Below are positions 44,007 through 53,262 of a stretch of 64,000 nt of DNA, one piece after another (positions within the stretch are counted from its first letter, which is position 1; each line of letters opens with the position of its first letter). Position numbers and translations under genes: made by a program. The stretch covers positions 5,713 to 69,712 of the forward strand of contig JACRAK010000025.1 in NCBI GenBank assembly GCA_016234725.1. Direction: 5' to 3'. This DNA is from Candidatus Azambacteria bacterium. Lineage in GTDB: Bacteria; Patescibacteriota; Minisyncoccia; GWC2-36-17; WO2-46-25. The notes beneath the pieces were generated by a model. It was not told the DNA's origin. It saw only the letters and a list, made by a program, of their open reading frames with translations, and did not search any database.

Positions 44007-45413
44007 TTAGTCCTTTTTTATCGTCAGGCCGAGTTCTTTGAGTTGTTTTTGGTCAATTTCTGCCGGGGCGTTCATCATCGGGTCTTTTCCTTCGCCGGTC
44101 TTGGCAAATGCAATGACCTCGCGGATGTTTGGTTCGTTCTGTAAGATCATCACAAGCCGGTCGATGCCGGGCGCGAACCCGCCGTGCGGCGGCGTGCCGT
44201 ATTTGAACGCTTCGATCATGTGGCCGAATTTTTTCTCCTGATCTTCTTTGCTGATATTGAGCAGTTCAAACACCTTTTGCTGGATATTCGCCTTATGGAT
44301 GCGGATACTGCCCGAGCTTAATTCATATCCGTTGAGCACGAGGTCGTATGAATTTGCGCGAATGGAGTAGAGGTCTTCGCCTTTCATGAGTTTAGGCATG
44401 TCTTCTTCTTTCGCTGAACAGAATGGATGATGCGCGGCGACGATATTCCCTTCTTTGTCTTTTTCAAACATCGGGAAATCAAGCACCCATGCGAATGCAA
44501 GCTCATGAGGGTCTTCCTTGTTCGTTCTCATATCCGGCTTGTCGGAGCCGTATCGTTTCATCGATTCCGCGTATGTGAGCCGCGGGAAAGGGGTCTGCGA
44601 AATTTTCTTTTCAGGAAAAAGCATCGTCACAAGCTCAATGAACATTGTTTCGGTGTACGCGAGAATATCTTCCTGCGTGACGAAAGACATTTCGTAATCA
44701 AGCTGGGTGAATTCGGGCTGACGGTCGCCGCGAGTGTCTTCATCGCGGAAACATCGCGCGATCTGGAAATATTTTTCAAACCCCGCGACCATGCACAGTT
44801 GTTTGAATTGTTGGGGCGATTGGGGGAGTACGTAAAATTTCCCTTTTTCCAGCCGCGATGGCACGACATATTCTCGAGAACCCTCGGGCGTACCTTTCAT
44901 CATGATCGGCGTTTCTATTTCCACGAACCCGTTTTTATGCATGTAGTCCCTGAAAAACGAGATGATTGTGTCTCTCGTTCTGATATTGTTTTGCATTCGC
45001 GGCCGCCGGAGGTCGAGGTAGCGGTACTTAAGCCGTGTTTCTTCATTGATATCTCTGCCGTCTGACTGGATATCGAATGGCGGGGTCTGCGCTTCATTGA
45101 GTACGACGACAGAAAGGAGCTCCAGCTCTATGGTGCCATTCTGCTCGTCTTTATTGACCATCCTTTCGGGCCGGGCATTCACTGTTCCCGTTACCTCGAT
45201 GACCCATTCCGGGCGGATGGTGCCGGCGATACGGTGTGCGTCAGTATGGTTTGGCAGAGCAACCATTTGCACCATACCGGTCGCGTCGCGCAGGTCGATG
45301 AAGATAAGCTTGCCGTGGTCGCGGCGGATATTGACCCAGCCGTCAAGCCGTACGACCTCGCCGATCTTTTCTTTGAGGTCTTTGATATATGTCCGTTCCA
45401 TGCGGGAAATCAT
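44007..45413 (-). CDS. aspS: Aspartyl-tRNA synthetase (GAD-domain-less form)
   Basis: OB anticodon-binding domain, class II motifs (QSPQQFKQLCMVAGFEKYFQIARCFRDEDTRGDRQPEFTQLD; GGFAPGIDRLVMIL). 468 aa. Confidence 0.8.
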   Translation of the reverse strand: MISRMERTYIKDLKEKIGEVVRLDGWVNIRRDHGKLIFIDLRDATGMVQMVALPNHTDAHRIAGTIRPEWVIEVTGTVNARPERMVNKDEQNGTIELELLSVVVLNEAQTPPFDIQSDGRDINEETRLKYRYLDLRRPRMQNNIRTRDTIISFFRDYMHKNGFVEIETPIMMKGTPEGSREYVVPSRLEKGKFYVLPQSPQQFKQLCMVAGFEKYFQIARCFRDEDTRGDRQPEFTQLDYEMSFVTQEDILAYTETMFIELVTMLFPEKKISQTPFPRLTYAESMKRYGSDKPDMRTNKEDPHELAFAWVLDFPMFEKDKEGNIVAAHHPFCSAKEEDMPKLMKGEDLYSIRANSYDLVLNGYELSSGSIRIHKANIQQKVFELLNISKEDQEKKFGHMIEAFKYGTPPHGGFAPGIDRLVMILQNEPNIREVIAFAKTGEGKDPMMNAPAEIDQKQLKELGLTIKKD

Positions 45414-48400
45414 AGCATAGAATCCGTCACGTGAATAGCTCCTGCTTCGCGTAAAAGATCATCCTCAAATGCGATGATGCCGTTCACATCTTTTGAGTAT
45501 TTCGAGACGTCGGGGAAATCAAGCGCTACGATCTTTTTGTAGACGGCGTTGATGAGTGCGCGCGTACGCTCGACCTCTTTTTGCGTGATAACGAGCGGGA
45601 GGTCTATCATTTTCCCGCGATACGGTTCGAGGAATTCCACTACACCCTTGTTGACGGTGTATTTCCCGCCGAAATCGCGCGAATGTTCCACGAGTAATTT
45701 ATAAAACACAAGCTGGCGTTTATATCCGTATAGTTTTTTCTTTTCGTATACGCCTTCGCCCTCCCATTCATCTGCGGGGTTGCCAGTTTTGAAATCATGC
45801 ACTTCGATCTCGCGGGTATTTTCCAGAAAGACCATTTTATCGAGCTTGCCGGTAAGATGCGCGTCACCCACTAGCACGCCTTGATTCTTGAAATTCATTT
45901 CGATCATATCGCTTTCCCTCCACTGTTCTTTTTTTGCCGCGTAGAATTTCGCGAGTGCATCGGTGCCCTTTTCGCTGTACATCGTAAAGTCCTCCGGCGC
46001 GAGCCGTTCTTTTTCAAGCGCATAGGTGAACCACAGGATGAGCTGCTCGGTGGATGGAAGCGTTTTTTCGTGCTTAAAATGCGCGTAGAGGAGTTCTATC
46101 GCCTTGTGCATTGCCGAGCCGTAGGAGCCGGAAGGGGATTTTGCGTGCGGGAAACGGAGAAGATTTTGTTCCAGAAACATTTGCGGGCCTCCGCCTACGA
46201 CATCAAGGAAGTTGTTTATATGCGTGACGCTCATTTGGTAATTTTCCACGAGCGTGCCCAGAAGCGCTTTTTCGTCAGTAAGAAACGGCGCGCGATTGTA
46301 CTGTTCCCAATGCGCAGAAAGTATCGCGGTCGGTTCGGGCAGTTCATCGTCGTGAACGGATTCGGCCATGAGCGCGGCGCGTACGCTCTCCTTTATTTCT
46401 CCGTCCGCTTCGGGAGTGAGAAAACGCAAACGCAACGAGTCCTTTCCGGTATCGGTCTTTTCATATGAGGTGAGATAAAGACCGTGCTTTGCGCGCGTCA
46501 GCGCGACGTAGAACAACCGAAGCTGGTCGTCGAGCGTGTCCCCGGCAGGCGCGATAGGAAGATTTGCCGGAAAGGGAAGCATCGAGCCCCGCGGCGACCC
46601 CGCCCACACACTGTCCTGGCAGCTCATCACGAACACCGTATCGAATTCGAGCCCCTTTGCCTTATGCGCGCTTAAACAGTGCACTGCGTTTTGCGCCGCC
46701 ATGAACGCGCTCTGGTCGGTGATAGGGATGTTGTTCTTTGCATGCATATCAACGAACGCGACGAGGTCGTCGATCTTGATGTACCGTCCATGTTTGTATT
46801 CGCGGAGCGCGCTCACAAAAACCTGAAGCGCCGAAAGAAAGGCAAGATATTCCGCTTTGTGATGCTCGAATTTCTCCGCGTTGAAATAGTAGGCGCGGAA
46901 AGGGCTCACAAAGGATGGGTGTGCGCTCGGCTCATGTGAGCCGATGATCGCATCAAGCACGTATTCCGCCGGTTCGTGCTGCGCGCGCGTTGCGAGGTCG
47001 AGAAAAAAGCAGGCGATCGTGCGAAAGCGCGCATCAGTGTGATTCAGCATGACCCCGAGCCATGGGGTTTTCGCCGTAGCCGCCGCTGAAAGCTCCCATA
47101 TCGTTTTTCGGTCGAGCCCCCAGAATGGGAAGCTTAATATCTCGGGGAGATATTCATCCGCTTCGCTTTTGTTTTTGCGCGAAAGTGTGCAGATAAATCG
47201 CGCGATCTGGATGAGCTGGTAAATGTGCGGCTCAAGCAGTACGTTGCGCTGGCGCTCATACGCGACGGGGATGCCAAGCGCGCTTAAGTGCGAGAGGATC
47301 GATTGGAGGTCTTTGTGCTGGCGCGCGATGATGGCGATGTCGTCGGGGTTTTTGCCGCCCGCTATAAGCTTTTTTATCTCTTGCGCGATCCAGTGGCATT
47401 CGTGCGCGTGGGAGGGGAATGAGCGGCTTGTTATTTTTCCTTCTTCCATATCTTTTCCGGCCGCGACGAGGTCTTTGCGAAGCCCTTCGACGAGCCGTTC
47501 GAGCCGCTCGGTACCTTTCAGTATGACATGGCGGGCAAGATCGAGAATATCCTGACGCGAACGGTAGTTGTGCGTAAGCGTGATGATCGCCGGATTTTCA
47601 AAACGGCCGCGAAACTCAAGAATATTGGAGATCTCCGCGCCCTGGAATTTGTAGACCGCCTGATCGTCATCTCCCACCACCATGATGTTCGGCTTTCCTT
47701 CGTGCGCTTCCGCGTCGGTCAGGAATTCAAGCAGGCGCATCTGCGCGTCGTTGGTGTCTTGGAATTCATCGACAAGGATGTATTGGTAACGTTCCTGAAG
47801 CTCGTAGCGGAGCGCGTTGTTGTGTTTGAGCGCTGAAAGCACATCAAGGAGCATGTCGTCGAAATCGTAGTAGCCGCGCGCGTGCATGCGCGCGATATAC
47901 TCCTGATACACGCCCGCAAGCGCCAGGAGCTTGTCTTGATACAGCGTATTTTTAAACACGCGAGCGCCGTTTTCGTCCTTTTTCACCCATTCCGTTTTCC
48001 ATGCGGATATCGGCGCGGTCTTATCTTCGTTTTCGGCGCGGTTAAGCGCATCGGTCAGCGATCGCACAAGCGCGTGTCCGAGCGGTACATATCCTTTTAT
48101 CGGAAGCTCCTGCGTGAGTGATGCGCACCACACCGCGAATTCGCGGAGCGAGGGAAGCTGTTTCATGCTCAAACGCGCCTCAAATATCCCGATGCGTTCA
48201 TTAATAGCCGCAAGCACCGCCGAATTTGACCGTATGATCGCGGTAAAGTCATCGGGAGTGATACCTGCTTTTTTGAGTTGGCCGATCGCGCGCTGTGCGG
48301 AGTCAAGGTAGGTGAATCCTTGTTCGGGATGCTCTTTGCGCAGCGGGTTGTCGTGAGGGAGCTCTTTGAATATCGTTTCGAGTATCTCGATCTGCGTGAG

Positions 48401-48832
48401 TTCGTCGGCAGGGGAGAATGAAGCGCCTTCATAGAAATATTCAGGGTAGCGGCCGATGATATCCGCGCTGAAACTATGGAACGTATTGATAACGACGCGG
48501 TATGCATCGCGGCCGATGAGTCCCGCAAGCCGGGTGCGCATATTCACCGCCGCAGAATCGGTGAATGTAAGGCACAGTATGCTTGAGGGGTGCGTGTCTG
48601 TCTTTTTGAGTATATTTGCCACCCGCAAGCTTAGGATCTCGGTCTTGCCGCTTCCCGGGCCGGCGATGACAAGGACCGGCCCATCGATCGCTTCGACGGC
48701 CTGCTTTTGCTGTGCATTCAGTTTTTTGAATCGCTCTTCAAAATGAGGCATGGCAATGTGTAAATGTTCGCACAAACTACAGCGCTTGTCTATTCGTGTT
48801 GTATCTGGTACTTTGGTATCCCAGTAATACAA
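45410..48832 (-). CDS. UvrD/PcrA-family helicase fused to a C-terminal PD-(D/E)xK (RecB/AddA-like) nuclease
   Basis: UvrD N-terminal Walker A (LVIAGPGSGKTEIL), helicase motifs through roughly aa 700, and a C-terminal DFKTG...YxxQLxxY nuclease motif. 1140 aa. Stop/start overlap with aspS. Confidence 0.7.
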   Translation of the reverse strand: MYYWDTKVPDTTRIDKRCSLCEHLHIAMPHFEERFKKLNAQQKQAVEAIDGPVLVIAGPGSGKTEILSLRVANILKKTDTHPSSILCLTFTDSAAVNMRTRLAGLIGRDAYRVVINTFHSFSADIIGRYPEYFYEGASFSPADELTQIEILETIFKELPHDNPLRKEHPEQGFTYLDSAQRAIGQLKKAGITPDDFTAIIRSNSAVLAAINERIGIFEARLSMKQLPSLREFAVWCASLTQELPIKGYVPLGHALVRSLTDALNRAENEDKTAPISAWKTEWVKKDENGARVFKNTLYQDKLLALAGVYQEYIARMHARGYYDFDDMLLDVLSALKHNNALRYELQERYQYILVDEFQDTNDAQMRLLEFLTDAEAHEGKPNIMVVGDDDQAVYKFQGAEISNILEFRGRFENPAIITLTHNYRSRQDILDLARHVILKGTERLERLVEGLRKDLVAAGKDMEEGKITSRSFPSHAHECHWIAQEIKKLIAGGKNPDDIAIIARQHKDLQSILSHLSALGIPVAYERQRNVLLEPHIYQLIQIARFICTLSRKNKSEADEYLPEILSFPFWGLDRKTIWELSAAATAKTPWLGVMLNHTDARFRTIACFFLDLATRAQHEPAEYVLDAIIGSHEPSAHPSFVSPFRAYYFNAEKFEHHKAEYLAFLSALQVFVSALREYKHGRYIKIDDLVAFVDMHAKNNIPITDQSAFMAAQNAVHCLSAHKAKGLEFDTVFVMSCQDSVWAGSPRGSMLPFPANLPIAPAGDTLDDQLRLFYVALTRAKHGLYLTSYEKTDTGKDSLRLRFLTPEADGEIKESVRAALMAESVHDDELPEPTAILSAHWEQYNRAPFLTDEKALLGTLVENYQMSVTHINNFLDVVGGGPQMFLEQNLLRFPHAKSPSGSYGSAMHKAIELLYAHFKHEKTLPSTEQLILWFTYALEKERLAPEDFTMYSEKGTDALAKFYAAKKEQWRESDMIEMNFKNQGVLVGDAHLTGKLDKMVFLENTREIEVHDFKTGNPADEWEGEGVYEKKKLYGYKRQLVFYKLLVEHSRDFGGKYTVNKGVVEFLEPYRGKMIDLPLVITQKEVERTRALINAVYKKIVALDFPDVSKYSKDVNGIIAFEDDLLREAGAIHVTDSML

Positions 48833-48977
48833 CTTCGATTGCCCAAAGGGCAGAAAACGTTTATTATTTCACGATAGAAACAGTGAGTCAGGAGGTGCCA
48901 GTATTTCAGAAGATGACCCACTTCATTATCGAAGTTGATATACTGGGTATACTTACTATGTATATTTTTAGTTGAAA

Positions 48978-49086
48978 GGCTGTCACTCGTAATTCCTTCT
49001 TTTATCTTAACGGAAGAGCAGCCCTTCATTAATTATTTATATACATGGGCGTGAGCGGATTAAAGAAGGAATTACGAGTGACAGCC
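48978..49086. repeat. Copy 1 of a repeated structured element (25-bp perfect terminal inverted repeat closing a conserved core)
   Basis: GGCTGTCACTCGTAATTCCTTCTTT ... AAAGAAGGAATTACGAGTGACAGCC. The core (TTTTATCTTAAC...GCAGCCCTTCATT...GGGCGTGAGCGGATTAAAGAA) is shared with 59201-59334. Confidence 0.7.
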
Positions 49087-49118
49087 AAGCAAAACAATTT
49101 TATTATCACATTTCACAT

Positions 49119-50081
49119 ATGCTTATCGATGATGTCACCATTAAAATAAAAGCGGGGGACGGCGGGCGAGGGTCCGTATCGTTCAACAAAAATCTCATGG
49201 CGCTCGGGCCTGCCGGGGGTGATGGCGGCAACGGCGGCAGTGTGTATTTTGAAGGCATTTCCGATCTCAATGGGCTCGCGCAATTCAGGCACAAGAAAGA
49301 ATTCTTCATGAAGCACGGCGAGCACGGGAGGGGGCAGTTCAAAGACGGCGCTGATGGAGAAGATCTCATTCTCAAGGTGCCGGTGGGAACGGTTATGTAT
49401 ACTGTCGAGACGGGGGAGGCGCGCGAGATCATGCATACGCGCGAGAGGATCCTGGCGGCAAGGGGCGGGCTTGGCGGACGGGGAAATTTTAAATTCCGGT
49501 CGCCGACCAACACAAGTCCGCGGCAGTTTCAGACAGGTACGCCGGGCGAGGCATTTACGATCCGGCTTGAGCTTAAACTTATCGCTGATGTGGGGCTCAT
49601 CGGCATGCCCAACGCGGGCAAATCAAGTTTGCTCAACGAGCTTACCGGCGCAAAGAGTAAAGTGGCGAATTACCCGTTCACGACGCTTGAGCCGAGTTTA
49701 GGCGTATATTACGAGCTTATTTTGGCTGATATTCCCGGGCTCATTGAAGGCGCATCGGGCGGCAAGGGACTTGGGGTGAAATTCCTCCAGCACATCGAAC
49801 GGACAAAGACCTTGTTTCATCTTATCTCTGCAGAATCGGAAGACCCCGCGAAGGATTATGCGGTCATCAGGAAAGAGCTTGAAACATACAGCAAGGAGCT
49901 TGCGTCGAAACCCGAGTATGTTTTTTTGAGCAAAAGCGATATGGCCGCTCCCGCAGAAATAAAAACAAAAATTGCAGCGCTCAAAAAACTCAACAAAAAC
50001 ACCATTGCGATATCCATCCATGACGAAGAAGCGCTTGAGAACGTCACCGTGATCCTCAATAAAATAAAGAAGGAGAAATAA
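49119..50081 (+). CDS. obg: GTPase Obg (short form lacking the C-terminal extension)
   Basis: Obg N-terminal glycine-rich fold (MLIDDVTIKIKAGDGGRGSVSF..GGDGGNGGSVYF) and a G domain (GMPNAGKSSLL, DIPG). Confidence 0.85.
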   Translation: MLIDDVTIKIKAGDGGRGSVSFNKNLMALGPAGGDGGNGGSVYFEGISDLNGLAQFRHKKEFFMKHGEHGRGQFKDGADGEDLILKVPVGTVMYTVETGEAREIMHTRERILAARGGLGGRGNFKFRSPTNTSPRQFQTGTPGEAFTIRLELKLIADVGLIGMPNAGKSSLLNELTGAKSKVANYPFTTLEPSLGVYYELILADIPGLIEGASGGKGLGVKFLQHIERTKTLFHLISAESEDPAKDYAVIRKELETYSKELASKPEYVFLSKSDMAAPAEIKTKIAALKKLNKNTIAISIHDEEALENVTVILNKIKKEK

Positions 50082-50084
50082 AAT

Positions 50085-50776
50085 ATGGGGGTTATCCTCG
50101 ATTTTATCAAGCACAGAAAAACAGCCTCGGCGGCGGTTCTTGCTCTCGCGGTCGTCGTGTTCTGGTTTTCCGTAACGCTGCAGGATGTTTTTTATGCCGC
50201 GGTTTTTTTGCCGAGGCGTACGCGGGGGAACACCCGACGCTGGGCATTTTCGTGTTCATGGCGCTTGCCGGGGTGTCGGCAATGCTTTCACCGTTTAGCA
50301 GTGTGCCGTTTGTCCCTGTGGCGATCATGCTGTGGGGAAGCGCATGGACGATCGTGTTTCTCGCAGCGGGGTGGCTCGGCGGGCATGTTATTACGTACGC
50401 GCTGGGGTATTTTGCGGGGTACCCTGTCGCAAAAAAATTTGTTGCATTTGAAAAGATAGAGCAATATTCGCACAAATTCTCTAAAAAATCGGAATTTCTT
50501 CTGGTGCTGTTGTTCCGCCTTGCGATGCCCGCCGAAGTGCCCGGGTATGTGCTTGGCACGGTGCGATACGGCTTTGCGAAGTATTTCCTCGCTACATTCA
50601 TTGCGGAGTTCCCGTTTGCGATCGTTACGGTGTATGCGAGCGAAGCGCTTATCGACAGAAAACCGTTGATCTTGGTTGGCGCGGTCACGAGCGGCATCGC
50701 GTTCATTTCAGTCGCGCTTTATTTTTTCAAAAAGCAGATCGGCAAAAAAGAGGTCAACCCCCGCACTCATGCATAA
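50085..50776 (+). pseudogene. DedA/TVP38 family membrane protein with an apparent frameshift at a T7 run (50203-50209)
   Basis: The N-terminus reads in frame 0 (50085-about 50205) and the DedA core continues in frame 2 (..FAEAYAGEHPTLGIFVFMALAGV...RLAMPAEVPGYVLGTVRYGFAKYF). The two frames meet at the homopolymer. Confidence 0.5.
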
Positions 50777-50856
50777 GCGTGGGGGTTGACGCCGCACAGT
50801 GGGAGCAGTAGCATGAAATCATACATTTCCTACTTGTAGGATTTAGCCACAGCATC

Positions 50857-51117
50857 ATGAAGACCAGTCAAACCAAAAAGAAGCATTTCTTCGGGACCTC
50901 TACGATCGGCGAGAAAGGGCAGGTGGTAGTACCCGCCGAAGCGCGCGATGCGAGGAAGCTTAAAAAAGGGGATAAGCTCTTGGTATTTGGCGTGGGAGAC
51001 GATACGGTGACGTTTACCAAGCTCGCACGCCTTGAGAAGTTCGCGTCGCATCTCGAAGGACGCCTTACGACGATACGGCGCATCATCAAAAAGACGGACT
51101 CAAAAAAGAGCAGTTAG
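50857..51117 (+). CDS. AbrB/MazE/SpoVT-like looped-hinge-helix DNA-binding protein
   Basis: GQVVVPAEARDARKLKKGDKLLVFGVGDDTVTF pattern. Confidence 0.5.
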   Translation: MKTSQTKKKHFFGTSTIGEKGQVVVPAEARDARKLKKGDKLLVFGVGDDTVTFTKLARLEKFASHLEGRLTTIRRIIKKTDSKKSS

Positions 51118-51626
51118 AAGAAAAGAGAATAGATGATCGTTACTAGCGGATCGGCATCGGGGCCGTAGACGATAGCGGCGCCAAGCCCGCCGGTGATCGT
51201 GATAGCCATAAGGCCGATCAGCGCAAGAATGACCGCAGCCCAGCGCATCATAATGATATCGGCGATCGTCCTGAGGAAGGAAAGAGGACGTAGACGTCCT
51301 TCGAATATCCTGTGATGCTCGGAGATCCATCGGACGAAGTAAGCATACGCAAGCGCGCCGAAGATAAGCGTTGCCATTGTCGCAAATTTTTTATGCACCT
51401 CGATGAGTTCTTCCGCGCCTTCATTTGCCAGAAGTTTTTCCGCAATTTCTCCTGTCCCGGAGGCAGCGACCGCTCCAGCCGCTCCAAAGATCAAGAGAAC
51501 TGTTTTTACCGCGCCCCATGGCGCTTGAGGATACCACCTCGTAAGCGGCAGTATTTCAAGTACGGCGTACAGTACGAGAAGACCGATAGGAAAATGCACA
51601 AAAAGAGGGTGAATATTCATGCGCAT
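51114..51626 (-). CDS. DUF2231-like membrane protein
   Basis: HPLFVHFPIGLLV motif and multiple TM helices. The start is placed at the internal Met (MRMNIHPLF). Confidence 0.4.
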   Translation of the reverse strand: MRMNIHPLFVHFPIGLLVLYAVLEILPLTRWYPQAPWGAVKTVLLIFGAAGAVAASGTGEIAEKLLANEGAEELIEVHKKFATMATLIFGALAYAYFVRWISEHHRIFEGRLRPLSFLRTIADIIMMRWAAVILALIGLMAITITGGLGAAIVYGPDADPLVTIIYSLFF

Positions 51627-51691
51627 TATCGTACCATTTTCAGGCCTTCTCCTCAAGACGAAACAGCATGAAGCTGGTATACTAGGCCTAT

Positions 51692-53245
51692 ATGGTCTCT
51701 CCGCAATTTAGGCGTGTATTGGAAAAATTGCATGCACAGCAGGAAGCGCGCAGCGATGAGGAACTCGATAATCCTCGTATTTCGGTGAATCAATTCACGA
51801 AACGCGTAGGCGCGTTCTACGAAAAAGTACGCTATCTCATCGATTATAAAGAAGATCATGCTATCAAACGGAGCGCGATCGGGCGTGTGTTGAAAAGGAA
51901 GATACTCAACGGCCAGCGCGAGGACATCGGACTTTCTTTACTGCAGGAGCTGGTGAGCGGAGGATATTTGCCGAACGATAACGTATCCGAGCATACTGCG
52001 AAAAAGATCCAGGCGATCGCGGCGAAGTATCTTTTTTTGGAAGCGAAAGGAGCATTGTCATATGCGCGCGCGATAAGCGCGGCGGCCAACGAGATAGAAC
52101 GGTTCTTGTATCCGCAATTGTTGAGCGATCTCATGGCGGAGTGTTTTTATGAGACCGTTTCAAAGCACATGCACTACGCGGGCGCGATCGATGATGCGTA
52201 TTTCCGGATCCAGACGTATATCGGGTGCAGGAGGAGTTTGCTGGACGACGACCAGGATGTTTTGTTCTATATCCTGCTCACGAAATATTTTCCGGAACTG
52301 CCGCAGTATGGCGGCACCGAGCAGGAGCTTACGCATCTCCTTCCGAGTTTTTCGCGCACCGCAGCGCTGATCGAACGGGAGCTTGAAGATCATCTGGGAT
52401 GGCGCATTTCCTATAAATTGAGGAATCACGCGATATATTTTTCGATGGCGCAGGAGATCATCGCGCAATACGGGGTCATGGCGGAAGCGACGCTTGCCGA
52501 CCCTGCGCGGCTGAAAACGCAGATAGAAGAGGTGTTGAATGAAAAATACGCACAGCAAAAAGCCATCGTGCGCAAAAGCGGAACCCGCACGATCGCCTAT
52601 ATTTTTCTTACCAAGATCATTTTAGCGTTCGTGCTTGAGCTGCCGTATGAGAAATTCGTCCTCGGGTCCGTCAATTATTTTTCGCTCGGCACCAACATCG
52701 TCTTTCATCCGCTCGTGCTGTTTCTCATGGTGAGATCCGCGCGCATGCCGGGGGAGAAGAACAAAAACCAGATCATCGCCGGCGTTGTGAGCATGGTGAG
52801 CGATGAGAACATCAAAACCATCCATATCAAGCCAAAAAGCAACGACAGCGTGTTGCAAACCATATTCGGACTCTTTTATTTCGCGCTGTTCGTGTTCAGT
52901 TTCGGGGCTATTTTAGGGGTATTGAAGGCCCTTCAATTCAACATCGTCAGCGTTCTGCTCTTTCTTTTTTTCCTAACTCTGGTAAGCTACTTCGGCATCA
53001 GAATACGGCACAAAGCGAAGAAATGGAGTGTTACGCCTGAAGACGAGGGGGCGCTCGGCATCGTGTGGCATTTTGTAACGATCCCTATCATACGCGCGGG
53101 CGGGTGGCTGAGCAAGAAATTCTCTTCTATCAATCTCTTCGTGCTTATCATGGATCTCATCATCGAGACCCCGTTCAAGTTCGTGCTCGGGGTATTTGAT
53201 TCCTTTATCGTGTATCTGAAGGAGAAACGAGAGTCCCGTTATTAA
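51692..53245 (+). CDS. Hypothetical protein with a cytoplasmic N-domain and C-terminal polytopic membrane domain
   Basis: 517-aa ORF; hydrophobic helices from about aa 300 onward; no recognisable motifs. Confidence 0.45.
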   Translation: MVSPQFRRVLEKLHAQQEARSDEELDNPRISVNQFTKRVGAFYEKVRYLIDYKEDHAIKRSAIGRVLKRKILNGQREDIGLSLLQELVSGGYLPNDNVSEHTAKKIQAIAAKYLFLEAKGALSYARAISAAANEIERFLYPQLLSDLMAECFYETVSKHMHYAGAIDDAYFRIQTYIGCRRSLLDDDQDVLFYILLTKYFPELPQYGGTEQELTHLLPSFSRTAALIERELEDHLGWRISYKLRNHAIYFSMAQEIIAQYGVMAEATLADPARLKTQIEEVLNEKYAQQKAIVRKSGTRTIAYIFLTKIILAFVLELPYEKFVLGSVNYFSLGTNIVFHPLVLFLMVRSARMPGEKNKNQIIAGVVSMVSDENIKTIHIKPKSNDSVLQTIFGLFYFALFVFSFGAILGVLKALQFNIVSVLLFLFFLTLVSYFGIRIRHKAKKWSVTPEDEGALGIVWHFVTIPIIRAGGWLSKKFSSINLFVLIMDLIIETPFKFVLGVFDSFIVYLKEKRESRY

Positions 53246-53262
53246 TTTTTTAACTGACATCT

